From Candidatus Cloacimonadales bacterium (GTDB lineage Bacteria > Cloacimonadota > Cloacimonadia > Cloacimonadales > DAONDQ01): 64,000 bases of DNA. The stretch spans positions 160,001 through 224,000 of the forward strand of contig OY759316.1 of NCBI GenBank assembly GCA_963662275.1, read 5' to 3'. This document shows, in pieces, positions 28,349-39,591 of this stretch (position 1 is the stretch's first letter; every line of letters begins with the position of its first letter). The position numbers and the translations under genes were made by a program. The notes under the pieces are model-generated. The model made no database searches. It saw only the letters and a program-made list of their open reading frames with translations, and was not told where the DNA came from.

Positions 28349-29626
28349 ATGATTACCACATCAAAATCTAACCCAAAGAGGTTTTTTGTCAACTCAGAAA
28401 TGATGCTTGTTGGCATTGATATCAGCAAGCACAAACACAGTGTGTATTTTTGTGATTTTACAGGTGAACGGAAGCGTAAGCCATTTTTTATTACAAACAA
28501 TCATGATGGTTTTCAGTATCTGCTAAAAGAAGCAGAACAGCAAAAGCGTTTGTGGAATCTGAACGAGATTGTATTTGGAATGGAACCAACAGGTTCATAT
28601 GTAAAGCCACTCCAGTACTTCTTGGAAGAACGCTGCTATCAAATCCAAAGCATCAACCCATTACACACTAAAAGATGGAAGGATATTGAAGATAATCATC
28701 CATCCAAGAATGATTTGAAAGACAGTATTATCATTACCTCTCTGTTAAGAATGGGCAAGAGCATCCATCATCGGAGACCTGAAGGTGTTTTCGCGGAGTT
28801 GAACAACTATGCAGCTTATTATCACCAGTTAATCACAGATATTCGCAGGCAGAGGAACTATCTGGAAGCCTCTTATGCCTGTTACTTTCCTGAATTGAGT
28901 AACTTTTTCAAATTTAACAGTACGGGAGTAATGTATATCATGGAGTGTTTTCCTCTTCCTCAGGATATCGTAAATGCAGGATATGAGAATTTTCTGAAGA
29001 TTATGAAAACAAAAAGCAAAGGGTGCATAGCTACAGAGAAGCTTCACAGTTTATATCAGGTATCTCTAACAAGTATTGGCATGAGTCAGGGAGCGGATAG
29101 TGCGAGAGTGGTCATAAATGCGATCTATGAGGATATCAGCTATAAACAATACCATCTCAAACAAATCAAAACAGCAATCATGACATGTGTAGATAAAATC
29201 AGTTATGGATCGTTATTGGTGACAATACCTGGTTTGAGTAAAGTATCAGTGGGGTTAATTCTGGCGGAGACTGGAGATATCAATCAATATGGTCGATATC
29301 AGGATTTAGTCAAACTTGCCGGATTGAGTTTAAAACACAATCAATCAGGAGAATACCATGGGCAATATCATATCTCTAAGGTAGGAAGAGTAAGGTTGCG
29401 AAGGATCTTGTATATGCTTACTCTGGAAATGATTATAAACAATCAATTAATCAATCAGATATATAATTATCAAGTAAAAAAGCGAGGTAATAACAAGGTC
29501 AAAACTATCGTTTCTTTGAGCAGTAAATTACTGGGAATCATGTACTCAATGGTTAAATATGAAAGGTCGTTTGATCCTGAACAGCGAAAGCTATATGCAG
29601 GTTATTTAACTGAAAATAATCAGTGA
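28349..29626 (+). CDS. IS110-family transposase/recombinase
   Basis: RuvC-like GIDISK, GMEPTG, KND.KD; C-terminal TIPG...ILAETGD...F/Y..AGL....QSG...ISK.G..LR. Confidence 0.93.
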   Translation: MITTSKSNPKRFFVNSEMMLVGIDISKHKHSVYFCDFTGERKRKPFFITNNHDGFQYLLKEAEQQKRLWNLNEIVFGMEPTGSYVKPLQYFLEERCYQIQSINPLHTKRWKDIEDNHPSKNDLKDSIIITSLLRMGKSIHHRRPEGVFAELNNYAAYYHQLITDIRRQRNYLEASYACYFPELSNFFKFNSTGVMYIMECFPLPQDIVNAGYENFLKIMKTKSKGCIATEKLHSLYQVSLTSIGMSQGADSARVVINAIYEDISYKQYHLKQIKTAIMTCVDKISYGSLLVTIPGLSKVSVGLILAETGDINQYGRYQDLVKLAGLSLKHNQSGEYHGQYHISKVGRVRLRRILYMLTLEMIINNQLINQIYNYQVKKRGNNKVKTIVSLSSKLLGIMYSMVKYERSFDPEQRKLYAGYLTENNQ

Positions 29627-29901
29627 GCCAAGAAAAAAAAGTAGTCAAAAAATAATGGAGGTGTTTAGATTGGTTCACTCGCCGGATGATGTAGTCATTA
29701 GGCACTAAGGCTTGTTTACAAGACCTTCTACCATAGCTCATTATAGCACACCGGCGGGTATTATCTCAGATAGGATAAAGTAAGAATAGGATACCATCAG
29801 AAGGTAATCCAGTATATCAGCAAGATCGGGATGTAGAACCAAGAGAGCTTTGATAAGTAATATTCGATTTAATCATAGAATTCAGATCGAAAATCAGCGT
29901 C

Positions 29902-29956
29902 TCTGGAACCCTGCAATGACGCTTCGGTACCCTACGCGTCATTGCAGGGTTCCAGA
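29902..29956. repeat. Perfect 21-bp-stem hairpin downstream of the IS110 transposase
   Basis: tctggaaccctgcaatgacgc -13 nt- gcgtcattgcagggttccaga. Confidence 0.85.
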
Positions 29957-30345
29957 AAGCCAAGTACTATGAATATATTATAATATATAACTATCTAACT
30001 ATATCAGCCTAATAAATTAAGCATTGCAACGCACATGCTGAAATCACGTATCATATAAATAGGGGTTTAAACCCCCAAACGGCTGAAGCAGTTGTTCCAA
30101 CGACTGAAGTAGTTGCTACTCACTTCAAAATTATTCCTTGCCAAAGAAAAGAATCTGAGCATTGAGTTATTTGAAAAGCATAGTAAGGGAAATGCTTGTT
30201 CCTGAAGGTTGTGGCAAGAACTCTTGAGGGGCTGGATATGTGAGGGCAGGTGGAGAAGAAGGTGAAAGAATAAGTAATAGTGTACTAACAAATAGTAACA
30301 TACAAGATAAGATAATAGATATTAACCAAACAAAGGAGAACTCAG

Positions 30346-32532
30346 ATGAAGTACTTTCTATTTTTAATTGTTCTACTTATTGCCTCAGTTTCAAGTGTGT
30401 TTGCAGAAGAATGGATTAACTATGGTAATCAAAATTTGATACTTTGCTCTTCACAGGAAGGTGACAATTTATGGGTAGGGGCTTGGGGAGGTCTGGTAAA
30501 GCTCAATATCGTAACCGGACAGAAAATCTATTACAATACAACAAACTCGGGACTTGTCGATAACAATGTACAATGCATTTTGATAGATAGCCAGGGGAAC
30601 AAATGGCTTGGTACAGATCGTGGACTTTGCCGTTTTGATGGAACGAACTGGATAACATGGAATGAAGATAATTCTGAAATACCGAATAATTATATTACAG
30701 GTATTGCAACTGATGCATATGCTAATATATGGATAACAACAGAGGGGGGATTGGGCAGGCTGAATAATGGTACTTGGACGAATTGGAATGAAACGAATTC
30801 TGCTCTGCCTACAAATCATCTATCGTGTATTGCCATTGACAATAGTGGTACAAAATGGATTGGATCAAGTGAAGGTGTTATTACTTTTTCAGGAAATACC
30901 TGGAACCAGCTTACGATGGATGATCATGTATCAGCAATTTCAATTGATAACCAGGGGAATAAGTGGTTTGGTTTCGGTAACTCCGGTCTTGGAAAACTCA
31001 GCGGTACGACGTGGACTTATTATAATCCTTCAAATTCTGATATTCCGGACGTCACTATAGAATGTATGGCAACAGATGCAGCAGGAAATGTATGGTTATG
31101 TACCGAAGAAGGTGAAGCAACTATTCGTGGAGGGTTAACAAAATTTGACGGAACGAATTGGACGACTTGGAACACGGCAAATTCAAATATTCCTTTTGAT
31201 ATAATCACATCAATTACAATCATGAATGGAACAGGTGTATGGACAGGAATGTTGTTTAGCGGGATGGTCAGATTTGACGGAACTAACTGGGTCTCATATT
31301 CGTTATCCAATGCAGGCTATTTCTTTCCAGCCGTTAATTGTATCGAAATTGACAGTTCACATAGAAAATGGATCGGAACGGAAGGAGGTTTATCTTTATT
31401 TGCTGGTAACAATTGGAGTTCATGGAGTCCTTTTAATACTCAAGAACAAGTTTTGAATGATGTAGCTCATATAGCAGCAGATAATGATAATGTTGTGTGG
31501 GTGGATTGTGATAACGGTGAAACAAGGGATATCTATAGCTATAATGGGTCAGTATGGACACTGCACCAACCTTCAGAATATGGATTGCAAGTAATAGATA
31601 TTAGTTGTATTAAAACCGATAACCAGAATAATAAGTGGATAGGAACAGGTCAGAGTTTAGTGAAGTTTAATGGGACAAATCATATCATCTATAATTCAAC
31701 AAATTCCCCGATCACCAGCCAGATCAATGATATTATAAGAGATCTGTACGGTAACTTCTGGGTCGCAACTGCAGAAAATGGACTACTTCAATTTAACGGA
31801 ACTGCCTGGACTGCCTTGAACACTTCAAATTCAAATATTCCATCCAACAGAATTAAACGGATAGCAATCGATAATGCTGGTAATAAATGGTTAGCTACTG
31901 CCAGTGGTCTATGCCGTTATGACGATTTAACCTGCACTATCTGGAACACGCAAAACTCTGGCATCCCCACGAATGATGTCTCGTCAGTTGTAACCGGTCA
32001 GAACAATCAAATTTGGTTAACAACAAATCATGTTGATCAATGGGGTGAACCTTCAGATGGAGTTTTATCACGCTTTGATGGCAGCACTTGGACATCCTGG
32101 ACATCACTTAATTCACGGTTACCCAATGGAGCTATCAATGATTTGAAAATCGATAGCTTTGGTAACAAATGGATTGCATCTTATGAAGGTGGTCTCATTG
32201 AGTTCAATGAAAACGTGATCGTTGCTGTTGATGATGAGACATTACCGAGCATAAGCCAGCAAATAGAAACATCAATATATCCTAATCCCTTCAATCCCTC
32301 TACTACGATCAAATTTAATGTCCCTAGTGAAGGAATTGTAAAGCTCAGTATCTTCAATATCAGAGGACAACTTGTGAAAACACTGGCAAATGAGAGAATG
32401 AGTGTTGGGGATCATCAAATCAACTGGAACGGTATGGATAAAAACGATAACCAACAGGCATCAGGAGTTTATTTCCTGCAAGTCCAAGCGAATGGATTAA
32501 AGTCCGTAAAAAAAATGCTGATGCTAAAATAG
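30346..32532 (+). CDS. Secreted beta-propeller (Reg_prop-like repeats) protein with YPNPFNP/FlgD-Ig C-terminal domain
   Basis: Signal peptide; repeated I.ID..GNKW.GT..GL..FDGT.W..N..NS.IP.N; YPNPFNP...WNG.D...SGVYF. Confidence 0.85.
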   Translation: MKYFLFLIVLLIASVSSVFAEEWINYGNQNLILCSSQEGDNLWVGAWGGLVKLNIVTGQKIYYNTTNSGLVDNNVQCILIDSQGNKWLGTDRGLCRFDGTNWITWNEDNSEIPNNYITGIATDAYANIWITTEGGLGRLNNGTWTNWNETNSALPTNHLSCIAIDNSGTKWIGSSEGVITFSGNTWNQLTMDDHVSAISIDNQGNKWFGFGNSGLGKLSGTTWTYYNPSNSDIPDVTIECMATDAAGNVWLCTEEGEATIRGGLTKFDGTNWTTWNTANSNIPFDIITSITIMNGTGVWTGMLFSGMVRFDGTNWVSYSLSNAGYFFPAVNCIEIDSSHRKWIGTEGGLSLFAGNNWSSWSPFNTQEQVLNDVAHIAADNDNVVWVDCDNGETRDIYSYNGSVWTLHQPSEYGLQVIDISCIKTDNQNNKWIGTGQSLVKFNGTNHIIYNSTNSPITSQINDIIRDLYGNFWVATAENGLLQFNGTAWTALNTSNSNIPSNRIKRIAIDNAGNKWLATASGLCRYDDLTCTIWNTQNSGIPTNDVSSVVTGQNNQIWLTTNHVDQWGEPSDGVLSRFDGSTWTSWTSLNSRLPNGAINDLKIDSFGNKWIASYEGGLIEFNENVIVAVDDETLPSISQQIETSIYPNPFNPSTTIKFNVPSEGIVKLSIFNIRGQLVKTLANERMSVGDHQINWNGMDKNDNQQASGVYFLQVQANGLKSVKKMLMLK

Positions 32533-32554
32533 TCAAAATTAGCCAAACGAACGG

Positions 32555-35500
32555 CTATTTCATCAGTATCATCTTATTTGTAATTGTTTGATTTCCTGAA
32601 GAAAGCCGATAGAAATAGACTCCGCTGGCAAGTTGCTTTGAATTAATATCCTTTCCATCGAAAGTAACCGAGTATTTGCCAGGGGCTTTTGCTTCATCTA
32701 CCAGGGTATTCACTAACTGCCCTTTGATGTTATAAATCTGCAGGATTGTTCTACCGAAATGTTTGATTGAGAAGTCAATTTTAGTAGTAGGATTGAATGG
32801 ATTCGGATAATTCCTGGATAACGCAAATACGCTTCGAGATTGGAGAGCATCATTATTTGCGGTATATGTGAACTGAAGAACATTGGAACTGTCACTTAAT
32901 ATCTCAGCATGATAGATATCATGGAAGACACTCTTAGTATAGATCGTATAATTCCCTCCCGTCATTACGTATTGATAATTCATAGAAGACGTAGTATCTT
33001 CAATAACCGTATTATTATGCTGCATATAAATACAATAGAAATCAGGAAGCATACGATTCTTTGATTTAGCGGGAGGACTTTCCAGGCACCAGGAAAGTGA
33101 AAGAGTATTTTCATTCAGAGCGTAGGTAAGATTAACAGGTTTCTCCAAATAAGACATGGCAAAATTAATATCAGCAGTTGTCTGATCACTAGTCACTACG
33201 ATGTTATTTTGATACTGCGGTAGAAAGTTTGCTAGCTCAGCTTTGATCGAGGAGTAAGTTCCCCTGTAAAGAGGCAGGATAAAAAGACCATTTTCATCTG
33301 GATGCACAAATTGCTCAGGAAAAAGTGTCGGTGCTATTCTTACTTGCGTAATATTCATCGCTGAGTATTCTAAATTAATGTTTCCACTGATATATCCCAA
33401 GGCATGATGAATAGCCTGGATGTGAATATCATCCAAGATAACCTGGCTAGTATTCTCACTTTGTGATATTGTTACCCATTTCAATTTTATTGTCTGTAAA
33501 TTGGCGGGCAGATCGTCAATATTGAATTGAACATGGACAGGACTAATTTGTACGGTATTGAAAGTATATAGTGAATTCCATGTATTTCCTTGGTCATAAC
33601 TAATATAGACTCCATTTGCTACATTGGGATTAAAATTACAGTAAGTAAATTCAACTTGAACTCTTTGGCAATCAAAACCATTGAGAAGTGGAGATTCAAC
33701 CTTGTATACCTGGTTAATTACTGACGGTGAAATGATGATTTCGGAACCACTTTCATGAATGTAGCTAGCTGGCAGTATTTCGATTCCTGGTGCAAAATGC
33801 CAGCCCGGTGACATGATAGGATTATCAAATGTTTCTAACAAAAGATCATCCCAATTCCCAATCATCAGTTGTTTCGTAAACAGACTATCATAAGAATTAG
33901 AACTGAATAAACCTCGGATCGTTAATTCATCACCACTGAGCGCAGTTGGCAGGATAGATATTTGGGATTCAATCCTGAAAGTACTAAATGCTGGAATACT
34001 ACAGTTAAATTGGGAAAGAGTAAGAGTACAATTGGCAGTTTCTTCAAACGCAAAATTTCCATCGATAGGTAAATTAGACATATTCTGTATTTGCATGATA
34101 ACCGGTACGGTTGTATTCGGATTCAGAACAGGATTTGTGACACCATCGATAAGACAATAAGAAAAACTAACCTGGGGTGCATGTACAATGACTGAAAAAT
34201 CTGAACCGTAATTTCCGCTGGTCGTCGAGTATTGAAGGTGAAAATTGATTTGTCTCATGTTAGGGCAATTTTGAGATACCACGATTATAAAAGGAATATC
34301 AATCGCAGCGTTTTGACCGGGTAAAATCTCAACTAATGAATAACTGTCATTTATAATGCTGATATAAGGATCGTTCGTAGACAGTAAAAGTGTCGAACTC
34401 TTCAAGTTTGCATTCCCTGAATTAGTGATAATAGGAGAAAGAGAAATTGTTTCACCGCAATCTATCTGATTATTCGGGTAAATTGCATTCGTTTCAATAT
34501 AAGGACAAGATAGAACAACTGGAATTGGTGCTGCAGTGTATGCCGGGATGGTTGTAAAATAGAGTGTTGAATTGCTGGCAAGGGCGGTTGCCGATACGGG
34601 ATAGGTTGCCTGGTACGTGTACTGTAACCCGATCAGTCCAGTATGATCAGCGATACCAACTGTGGCATATTGCCCGTGATCAACATTAACGACACCATAA
34701 TTACCGGCATCTACATTGTGAAAACTTTTATATTGGAAGAGAAAGGCATTATCACCAGTTGAAGTGGGATGTTGAAGGACATCATAGATAACTACTTCAA
34801 ATGTTTCAGTTTGAGAAGTATCATATCGATTCTTGAGCTGACTCCATTCTACGATAAATGAATTATTATCAGTGTCATATTTGTACACTATTTTAGAAGA
34901 GGATTGAATGATCAGGTCATCCCAGAAAGGGGCAATAATGGGTTTGAGTACCATAGGTCCTGGAATAGCCCAATTCATCCATTCCTGGCTTCCATTGCTG
35001 CCGGGCATAATGAAACCATTTGAACAAATTGTGATTTGATTATACATAACGCCATAATATCTGAATGAAAATGGCATGCTGACAGTTTGATAGCTGCCAC
35101 TACCATTAGTATCGCTATCAAAGAGAGAAAGAGTAGTTCCACATCCTCCTAGGCTGGGATTGATCTCTATCCAATTGTAGGGGTTAGCAAATGGATGATT
35201 ATCACTGTTAGCTACGCAGATATAACCATATTCATCAGGTCCTGTCATGGAAGATGTAAGAACATTCCCGATAGTAATATTTTTCATGAGCATTTGGGTT
35301 GAATCATTATTATATGTGATTTCCAAGACCAACTTTACCGGTGTTCCTGTGTATATCGACTGATTTGCAGAAATCGAGAAGGATGTAGTATTTATAGCAG
35401 TCGCATTAGAAGCGATGTTTCCAAAACTCTGTGTTCCTTCATTAATGCTTATATTTGGATTGGGACAAGATAGATGGGCAATAACATTATTCGCTGTTCC

Positions 35501-37822
35501 TGTACCAATATTCTTTATCGTGAATGTTAATTGACTGGTTTCACCAGGTATTAGAACGTTATCTGTCCCTATTTGAGAGCTAATGATTGTCAGGTCAGGT
35601 CCTCTTTCATTCACGTTAAAATTGATATTCTTACTAACAGTACTATTTAAATAATCTATCCCTTGAATATGTACCTGAAATGCCAGAACTTCATTTGCCG
35701 GACAAGATTCCAGGACTCTAAACTCTACATTCTGTAAAGATGTGACTATTTGGCTCAGTCCCATATGTCCAAGGTTAAGGTTACCGGATATGATTTCAAC
35801 ATATTCTGAAGAAGATGTCAAGCAAGCAGTTACATCATCTAAGGTTGAATCCTGATTATCAACTAACGAAAGGGGAAAAGAATAAATAGTCCCGGAATCA
35901 AGTTGATTGAAGCTACTCATGTTACTTAAAGTAAACCAATTGATCGTCTGGCTATTAAAACTAACGGTCCCCTGGTAAGTATAGTAATTTGGATTCGTGA
36001 CTGTTAATCTGCCTGTGCCTGTAGTCACTGAATTCCAGGCAAAGACAATGACTCCGTTTGCATCAGTAAAGCCGGTTTGGAATATTTCGTCACTGCCTTT
36101 TAGCAAACAAACCCTTGCATTTTTAACGGGATTTCCATCACTTACTTCTGTCACGGTGACTTGTAAAGAACCATTTAGAAGTGGTACAGCAGTATCGTAA
36201 TCCACATGAATATTTTCCGGTTGTTTCAACCAAATATCGACAGTTGGATCACCGAGTAAATTAATAGATTGGAAATTCTCAGGAATATAATCAATTGGAT
36301 ATTGAGGATAACAAGCCAGCAGTCCAATTTTGGAACGTAACAATGCCTGTCCCTGGTTCGTTAAACCTTCCTTGTAGAATCCGTATGCTACCGCACCGGT
36401 CATGATATTATTTAAACAGGTATGAGTTTCACAAGCAGCCCCGATAAAGCCAATTCCTCCCAACGGATTTGAGGCAGTTCCGACTCTCATGAATTGATCT
36501 CCAATACAGTTGGAAGAGGTTGTTCCAAAATTCCCAGAAAAACAAGTAATAAAACAAATAAAAGGATACATCCCATTATTAACCAAACCACTGATATTGC
36601 TATTTGTCAAACCGCTGTAACCATTATGTCCCCGATAATAGAAATTGCTGGCACCTAAGTTCATTGCAGACATCATCTGTGAGGATAGTGTACCGGAATT
36701 AATGTATGTAAATTGTGTTTGAGAGCTATAATCCGACATCAGATTTTTTACATAATCCATAGTCGTTGTACATGATGGACCTGAATCTGTGTTATCTGGA
36801 CAAAGAATAGCCCGATTATACCAATTATAACTTGAGAATCCTGTCATCTTTTCATAATTGATGGTTTTGCTGACCATAGCAGAGAGTTGAGCTGCTGAAC
36901 TGAAACTGAATCTTCCAATATAGGCATCAGGAATAATGTCATTTCCATCCAGCAAGCAATATTGGTAATCTCCAACCGTATTATGGTTATAATAAACCCA
37001 ATAAGTTGGAACTGTGTTAGTTTGGGTGGCTTTCCCTACCATCAATATATATTCAGGTGGATTTTCCCAAGTATCGTAGGCATTTTGGATATAATTTTTA
37101 ATGGAATTCGTATTATTGCCAATCTCTTGCGTATTAACGGCATGTACTTCCCATCCTTTTTGATGTTTCCAATCTAAGAGCGGTTGAATATAGCTTAGGG
37201 CAGCAGCATCCTGGTTATAGAAGACAAGGAAAGAACCGATTGCCTCTCCGGAACGTGTATTGTCCCGATAATTAATCACTGACTGGGATAACCACTGCTT
37301 AAATTGCCTGGTCTTTTTGGTATCTTTATTTAAAGATACTGATGCATCTGGAAGGAAATCAATTTCAATATCTGCTTCAGTCAGGATCTGCATATTCTTT
37401 GATTTATCTGCATAAAGAAATGGTTGAATCATCAGCGTTGCCAGGATATTACCCCGCATAATAAATGGGGCAGATATATTGATATATTCTGAGCTGATGG
37501 GTAAATCCTTGTCGATTGCCGATAGAACGATATGCTCTTGCCTGGTAATTTTCAAATTAGATAACTTCACAATTGCCCGACAATGATTGGGAACTTGAAT
37601 CATATAGTTTAGCGAGGGTAGATTATAATTATTCAACACATAGTTGTCTGCTTTTTCTTGCATGACAACAGGAATCTTTGAGTTAGAATCCTGCATGTGA
37701 TAATTGCCAAGTTCGAAATGCATTCTTAGTTGTGATGTATTATTATCAATTATAGAAAGGGTATTAGCTGTTAACAGCATTGGGAAAAGAACTGACAGAA
37801 ATACACAGATTACAATTTTCAT
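32555..37822 (-). CDS. Gingipain-like peptidase C25 family protein with Ig-like domains and YPNPFNP C-terminal domain
   Basis: DWKHQKG, PEYILMVG, DAYIGRFS, RGH and ITCFSGNF catalytic motifs, LLGDP; TGPDEYGY, IAPFWDDL. Confidence 0.88.
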   Translation of the reverse strand: MKIVICVFLSVLFPMLLTANTLSIIDNNTSQLRMHFELGNYHMQDSNSKIPVVMQEKADNYVLNNYNLPSLNYMIQVPNHCRAIVKLSNLKITRQEHIVLSAIDKDLPISSEYINISAPFIMRGNILATLMIQPFLYADKSKNMQILTEADIEIDFLPDASVSLNKDTKKTRQFKQWLSQSVINYRDNTRSGEAIGSFLVFYNQDAAALSYIQPLLDWKHQKGWEVHAVNTQEIGNNTNSIKNYIQNAYDTWENPPEYILMVGKATQTNTVPTYWVYYNHNTVGDYQYCLLDGNDIIPDAYIGRFSFSSAAQLSAMVSKTINYEKMTGFSSYNWYNRAILCPDNTDSGPSCTTTMDYVKNLMSDYSSQTQFTYINSGTLSSQMMSAMNLGASNFYYRGHNGYSGLTNSNISGLVNNGMYPFICFITCFSGNFGTTSSNCIGDQFMRVGTASNPLGGIGFIGAACETHTCLNNIMTGAVAYGFYKEGLTNQGQALLRSKIGLLACYPQYPIDYIPENFQSINLLGDPTVDIWLKQPENIHVDYDTAVPLLNGSLQVTVTEVSDGNPVKNARVCLLKGSDEIFQTGFTDANGVIVFAWNSVTTGTGRLTVTNPNYYTYQGTVSFNSQTINWFTLSNMSSFNQLDSGTIYSFPLSLVDNQDSTLDDVTACLTSSSEYVEIISGNLNLGHMGLSQIVTSLQNVEFRVLESCPANEVLAFQVHIQGIDYLNSTVSKNINFNVNERGPDLTIISSQIGTDNVLIPGETSQLTFTIKNIGTGTANNVIAHLSCPNPNISINEGTQSFGNIASNATAINTTSFSISANQSIYTGTPVKLVLEITYNNDSTQMLMKNITIGNVLTSSMTGPDEYGYICVANSDNHPFANPYNWIEINPSLGGCGTTLSLFDSDTNGSGSYQTVSMPFSFRYYGVMYNQITICSNGFIMPGSNGSQEWMNWAIPGPMVLKPIIAPFWDDLIIQSSSKIVYKYDTDNNSFIVEWSQLKNRYDTSQTETFEVVIYDVLQHPTSTGDNAFLFQYKSFHNVDAGNYGVVNVDHGQYATVGIADHTGLIGLQYTYQATYPVSATALASNSTLYFTTIPAYTAAPIPVVLSCPYIETNAIYPNNQIDCGETISLSPIITNSGNANLKSSTLLLSTNDPYISIINDSYSLVEILPGQNAAIDIPFIIVVSQNCPNMRQINFHLQYSTTSGNYGSDFSVIVHAPQVSFSYCLIDGVTNPVLNPNTTVPVIMQIQNMSNLPIDGNFAFEETANCTLTLSQFNCSIPAFSTFRIESQISILPTALSGDELTIRGLFSSNSYDSLFTKQLMIGNWDDLLLETFDNPIMSPGWHFAPGIEILPASYIHESGSEIIISPSVINQVYKVESPLLNGFDCQRVQVEFTYCNFNPNVANGVYISYDQGNTWNSLYTFNTVQISPVHVQFNIDDLPANLQTIKLKWVTISQSENTSQVILDDIHIQAIHHALGYISGNINLEYSAMNITQVRIAPTLFPEQFVHPDENGLFILPLYRGTYSSIKAELANFLPQYQNNIVVTSDQTTADINFAMSYLEKPVNLTYALNENTLSLSWCLESPPAKSKNRMLPDFYCIYMQHNNTVIEDTTSSMNYQYVMTGGNYTIYTKSVFHDIYHAEILSDSSNVLQFTYTANNDALQSRSVFALSRNYPNPFNPTTKIDFSIKHFGRTILQIYNIKGQLVNTLVDEAKAPGKYSVTFDGKDINSKQLASGVYFYRLSSGNQTITNKMILMK

Positions 37823-38031
37823 TATGAGTTCCTACTTTCAATAGACATTCGTGACTTACACCTATGCATAACGTATTCCAAATATAATAAAGGAAACAAA
37901 CAAGATTACTTTTTTTCTAGTAAAATGATAAATATTGTCATTACTTATTTGGAGAAGAAATCTTGGCGTGAATATCGGGCTTCAAAACCGACTTTTCATC
38001 CTCGGCAGCAAAAACCTACTTTCAGTTAGGT

Positions 38032-38493
38032 TCATTTATCCGGAGAAAACTTTATTGGTACAATCGCCCAGCAATCGACAGGCTTTCCCTTTCTTTTTGC
38101 AGGCTGGAATTTCCATTTCTTGATGGTTGCTATTGCAATCTTATCCACTCCAACAGGACCTTTGTTATTCGTTTTCCTCACTTCCACACTATCAATTCTT
38201 CCATTGGCACGAATATGTACTTCCAAATACAATGTTCCTTGAATGGCTGCTTTCCTCATCGCTTCAGTATATTCGGGCATTACTTTTGTAATTACAACAG
38301 GTGCATCATCATAATAAATGGATCTCTCAGGGTGAGGATGATCTTGAATACAAATGGTTTGTAATTCCGTAAAATCATCAGAGGTCGGTTTCGGATGATC
38401 TATGACAACATCGGGCTTTAATTTCTGAGTTGCACAATTTGCGAATGTAACAATACCCAGGACGATGATCAGGAAAAGAACTTTGAAATTCAT
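38032..38493 (-). CDS. TonB C-terminal domain protein (possible lipoprotein)
   Basis: P.Y..A.R.A.IQG...L.V.I...G.I..VEV...A...KWKF.PA...GKPV; FANC after the signal. Confidence 0.8.
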   Translation of the reverse strand: MNFKVLFLIIVLGIVTFANCATQKLKPDVVIDHPKPTSDDFTELQTICIQDHPHPERSIYYDDAPVVITKVMPEYTEAMRKAAIQGTLYLEVHIRANGRIDSVEVRKTNNKGPVGVDKIAIATIKKWKFQPAKRKGKPVDCWAIVPIKFSPDK

Positions 38494-38506
38494 AACAATC
38501 TCCTTT

Positions 38507-38734
38507 TTCAGCAGGAACGGTGTCCTGCTCTACAAGAAAGATGTAGGGACTGACGTCCTCGGCAGTCTCGTGTTCAGCGGATCGGCGTCCTGCTCTACAA
38601 GAAAGATGTAGGGACTGACGTCCTCGGCAGTCTCGTGTTCAGCAGGGACAGTGTTTTGCTCTACAATATTATAACCGTAGCGCACGACCTCCGGGCGTGC
38701 AAAAACGAAGGCTGCCAAGGATGTCAGCCCCTAC
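38507..38734. repeat. BIME-like mosaic of REP hairpins with a 65-bp tandem unit
   Basis: gtagggactgacgtcctcggcagtc at 38543 and 38608 alternating with three inverted family-A copies; final inverted ...tcagcccctac. Confidence 0.8.
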
Positions 38735-38745
38735 GATGATCGCTG

Positions 38746-39591
38746 CTATTGCTTCATGAGTTGTTCGAGTAATTCCTTTTTTTCTTCATCATTCGAGTAC
38801 TTGAAAATGATCTTTCCTCTTCCATTCTTGTCATCAATCTTCACATTCACTTTAAATATTTGTTTCAATTCAGTTTCTTCGATGACATGAGAGTATATTT
38901 TCGGATGACTTTGCCTGACAGAAGTATGAGGTTGCAACCATGATTTCGCCATTTCTTCTGCTTGGCGGACAGAACTGCCATTTGCTGCTAAATGTTTGGC
39001 GAAGCTTTCCTGAAGAGATTCTTCCACCTGGAGAATAGCCCGGGCATGACCAGCAGTCAATGTCCCGCTTAGTATATAATCCTGGATTGAACTACTCAAA
39101 CGTAATAAACGGAGAGAGTTTGTGATCGTTACCCTGTCTTTTCCCATGATTTCCGAGATCTGGGCATGAGTCATGTTAAATTCTACCACCAATTGCTGGT
39201 AAGCCATTGCCTCTTCAATTGCATTCAAATTTTCACGTTGGATATTCTCAATAATGGCAAATTGGAGTTGCTCTTTTTTTGACACGGAACGAATGATGAC
39301 CGGTACTTCTTCAAAACCTGCCAGTTTTGCAGCTTCCAAGCGACGTTCACCAGCGATTAATTCATAATCGGAATCTTCACGTTTAGTAACAATGATTGGC
39401 TGAATGATTCCATTCTGTTTGATGGAATCAGATAATTCCTTCAATTTGACTGGATCGAATGCTTTCCTGGGTTGATAACGATTTGGGCTAATGTGCTCCA
39501 CTCTAACTGTTGTAATACCTGTTGCCTGGTTCGTCCTTTCCGGGATATCACGAATCAGGGCATCTAAACCTTTTCCTAATCTTTCATTCAT
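38746..39591 (-). CDS. parB: Chromosome partitioning protein ParB
   Basis: LGKGLDALI, PNRYQPRK, LIAGERR, IENIQRENLN, HARA. Confidence 0.95.
   Translation of the reverse strand: MNERLGKGLDALIRDIPERTNQATGITTVRVEHISPNRYQPRKAFDPVKLKELSDSIKQNGIIQPIIVTKREDSDYELIAGERRLEAAKLAGFEEVPVIIRSVSKKEQLQFAIIENIQRENLNAIEEAMAYQQLVVEFNMTHAQISEIMGKDRVTITNSLRLLRLSSSIQDYILSGTLTAGHARAILQVEESLQESFAKHLAANGSSVRQAEEMAKSWLQPHTSVRQSHPKIYSHVIEETELKQIFKVNVKIDDKNGRGKIIFKYSNDEEKKELLEQLMKQ

Larger units (their letters stand above)
28229..30084 (+). mobile_element. IS110 element, boundaries tentative
   Basis: Transposase plus a long 3' non-coding region; 9-bp direct repeat caaacggct at 28229 and 30076 may mark the ends. Confidence 0.45.

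Noticed and set aside
38530..38718. 62-aa minus-strand ORF
   Set aside because: Composed entirely of REP repeats
38507..38734. Possible CRISPR array
   Set aside because: Linkers are identical rather than unique spacers, only about 2.5 units, no cas genes; better explained as a REP mosaic
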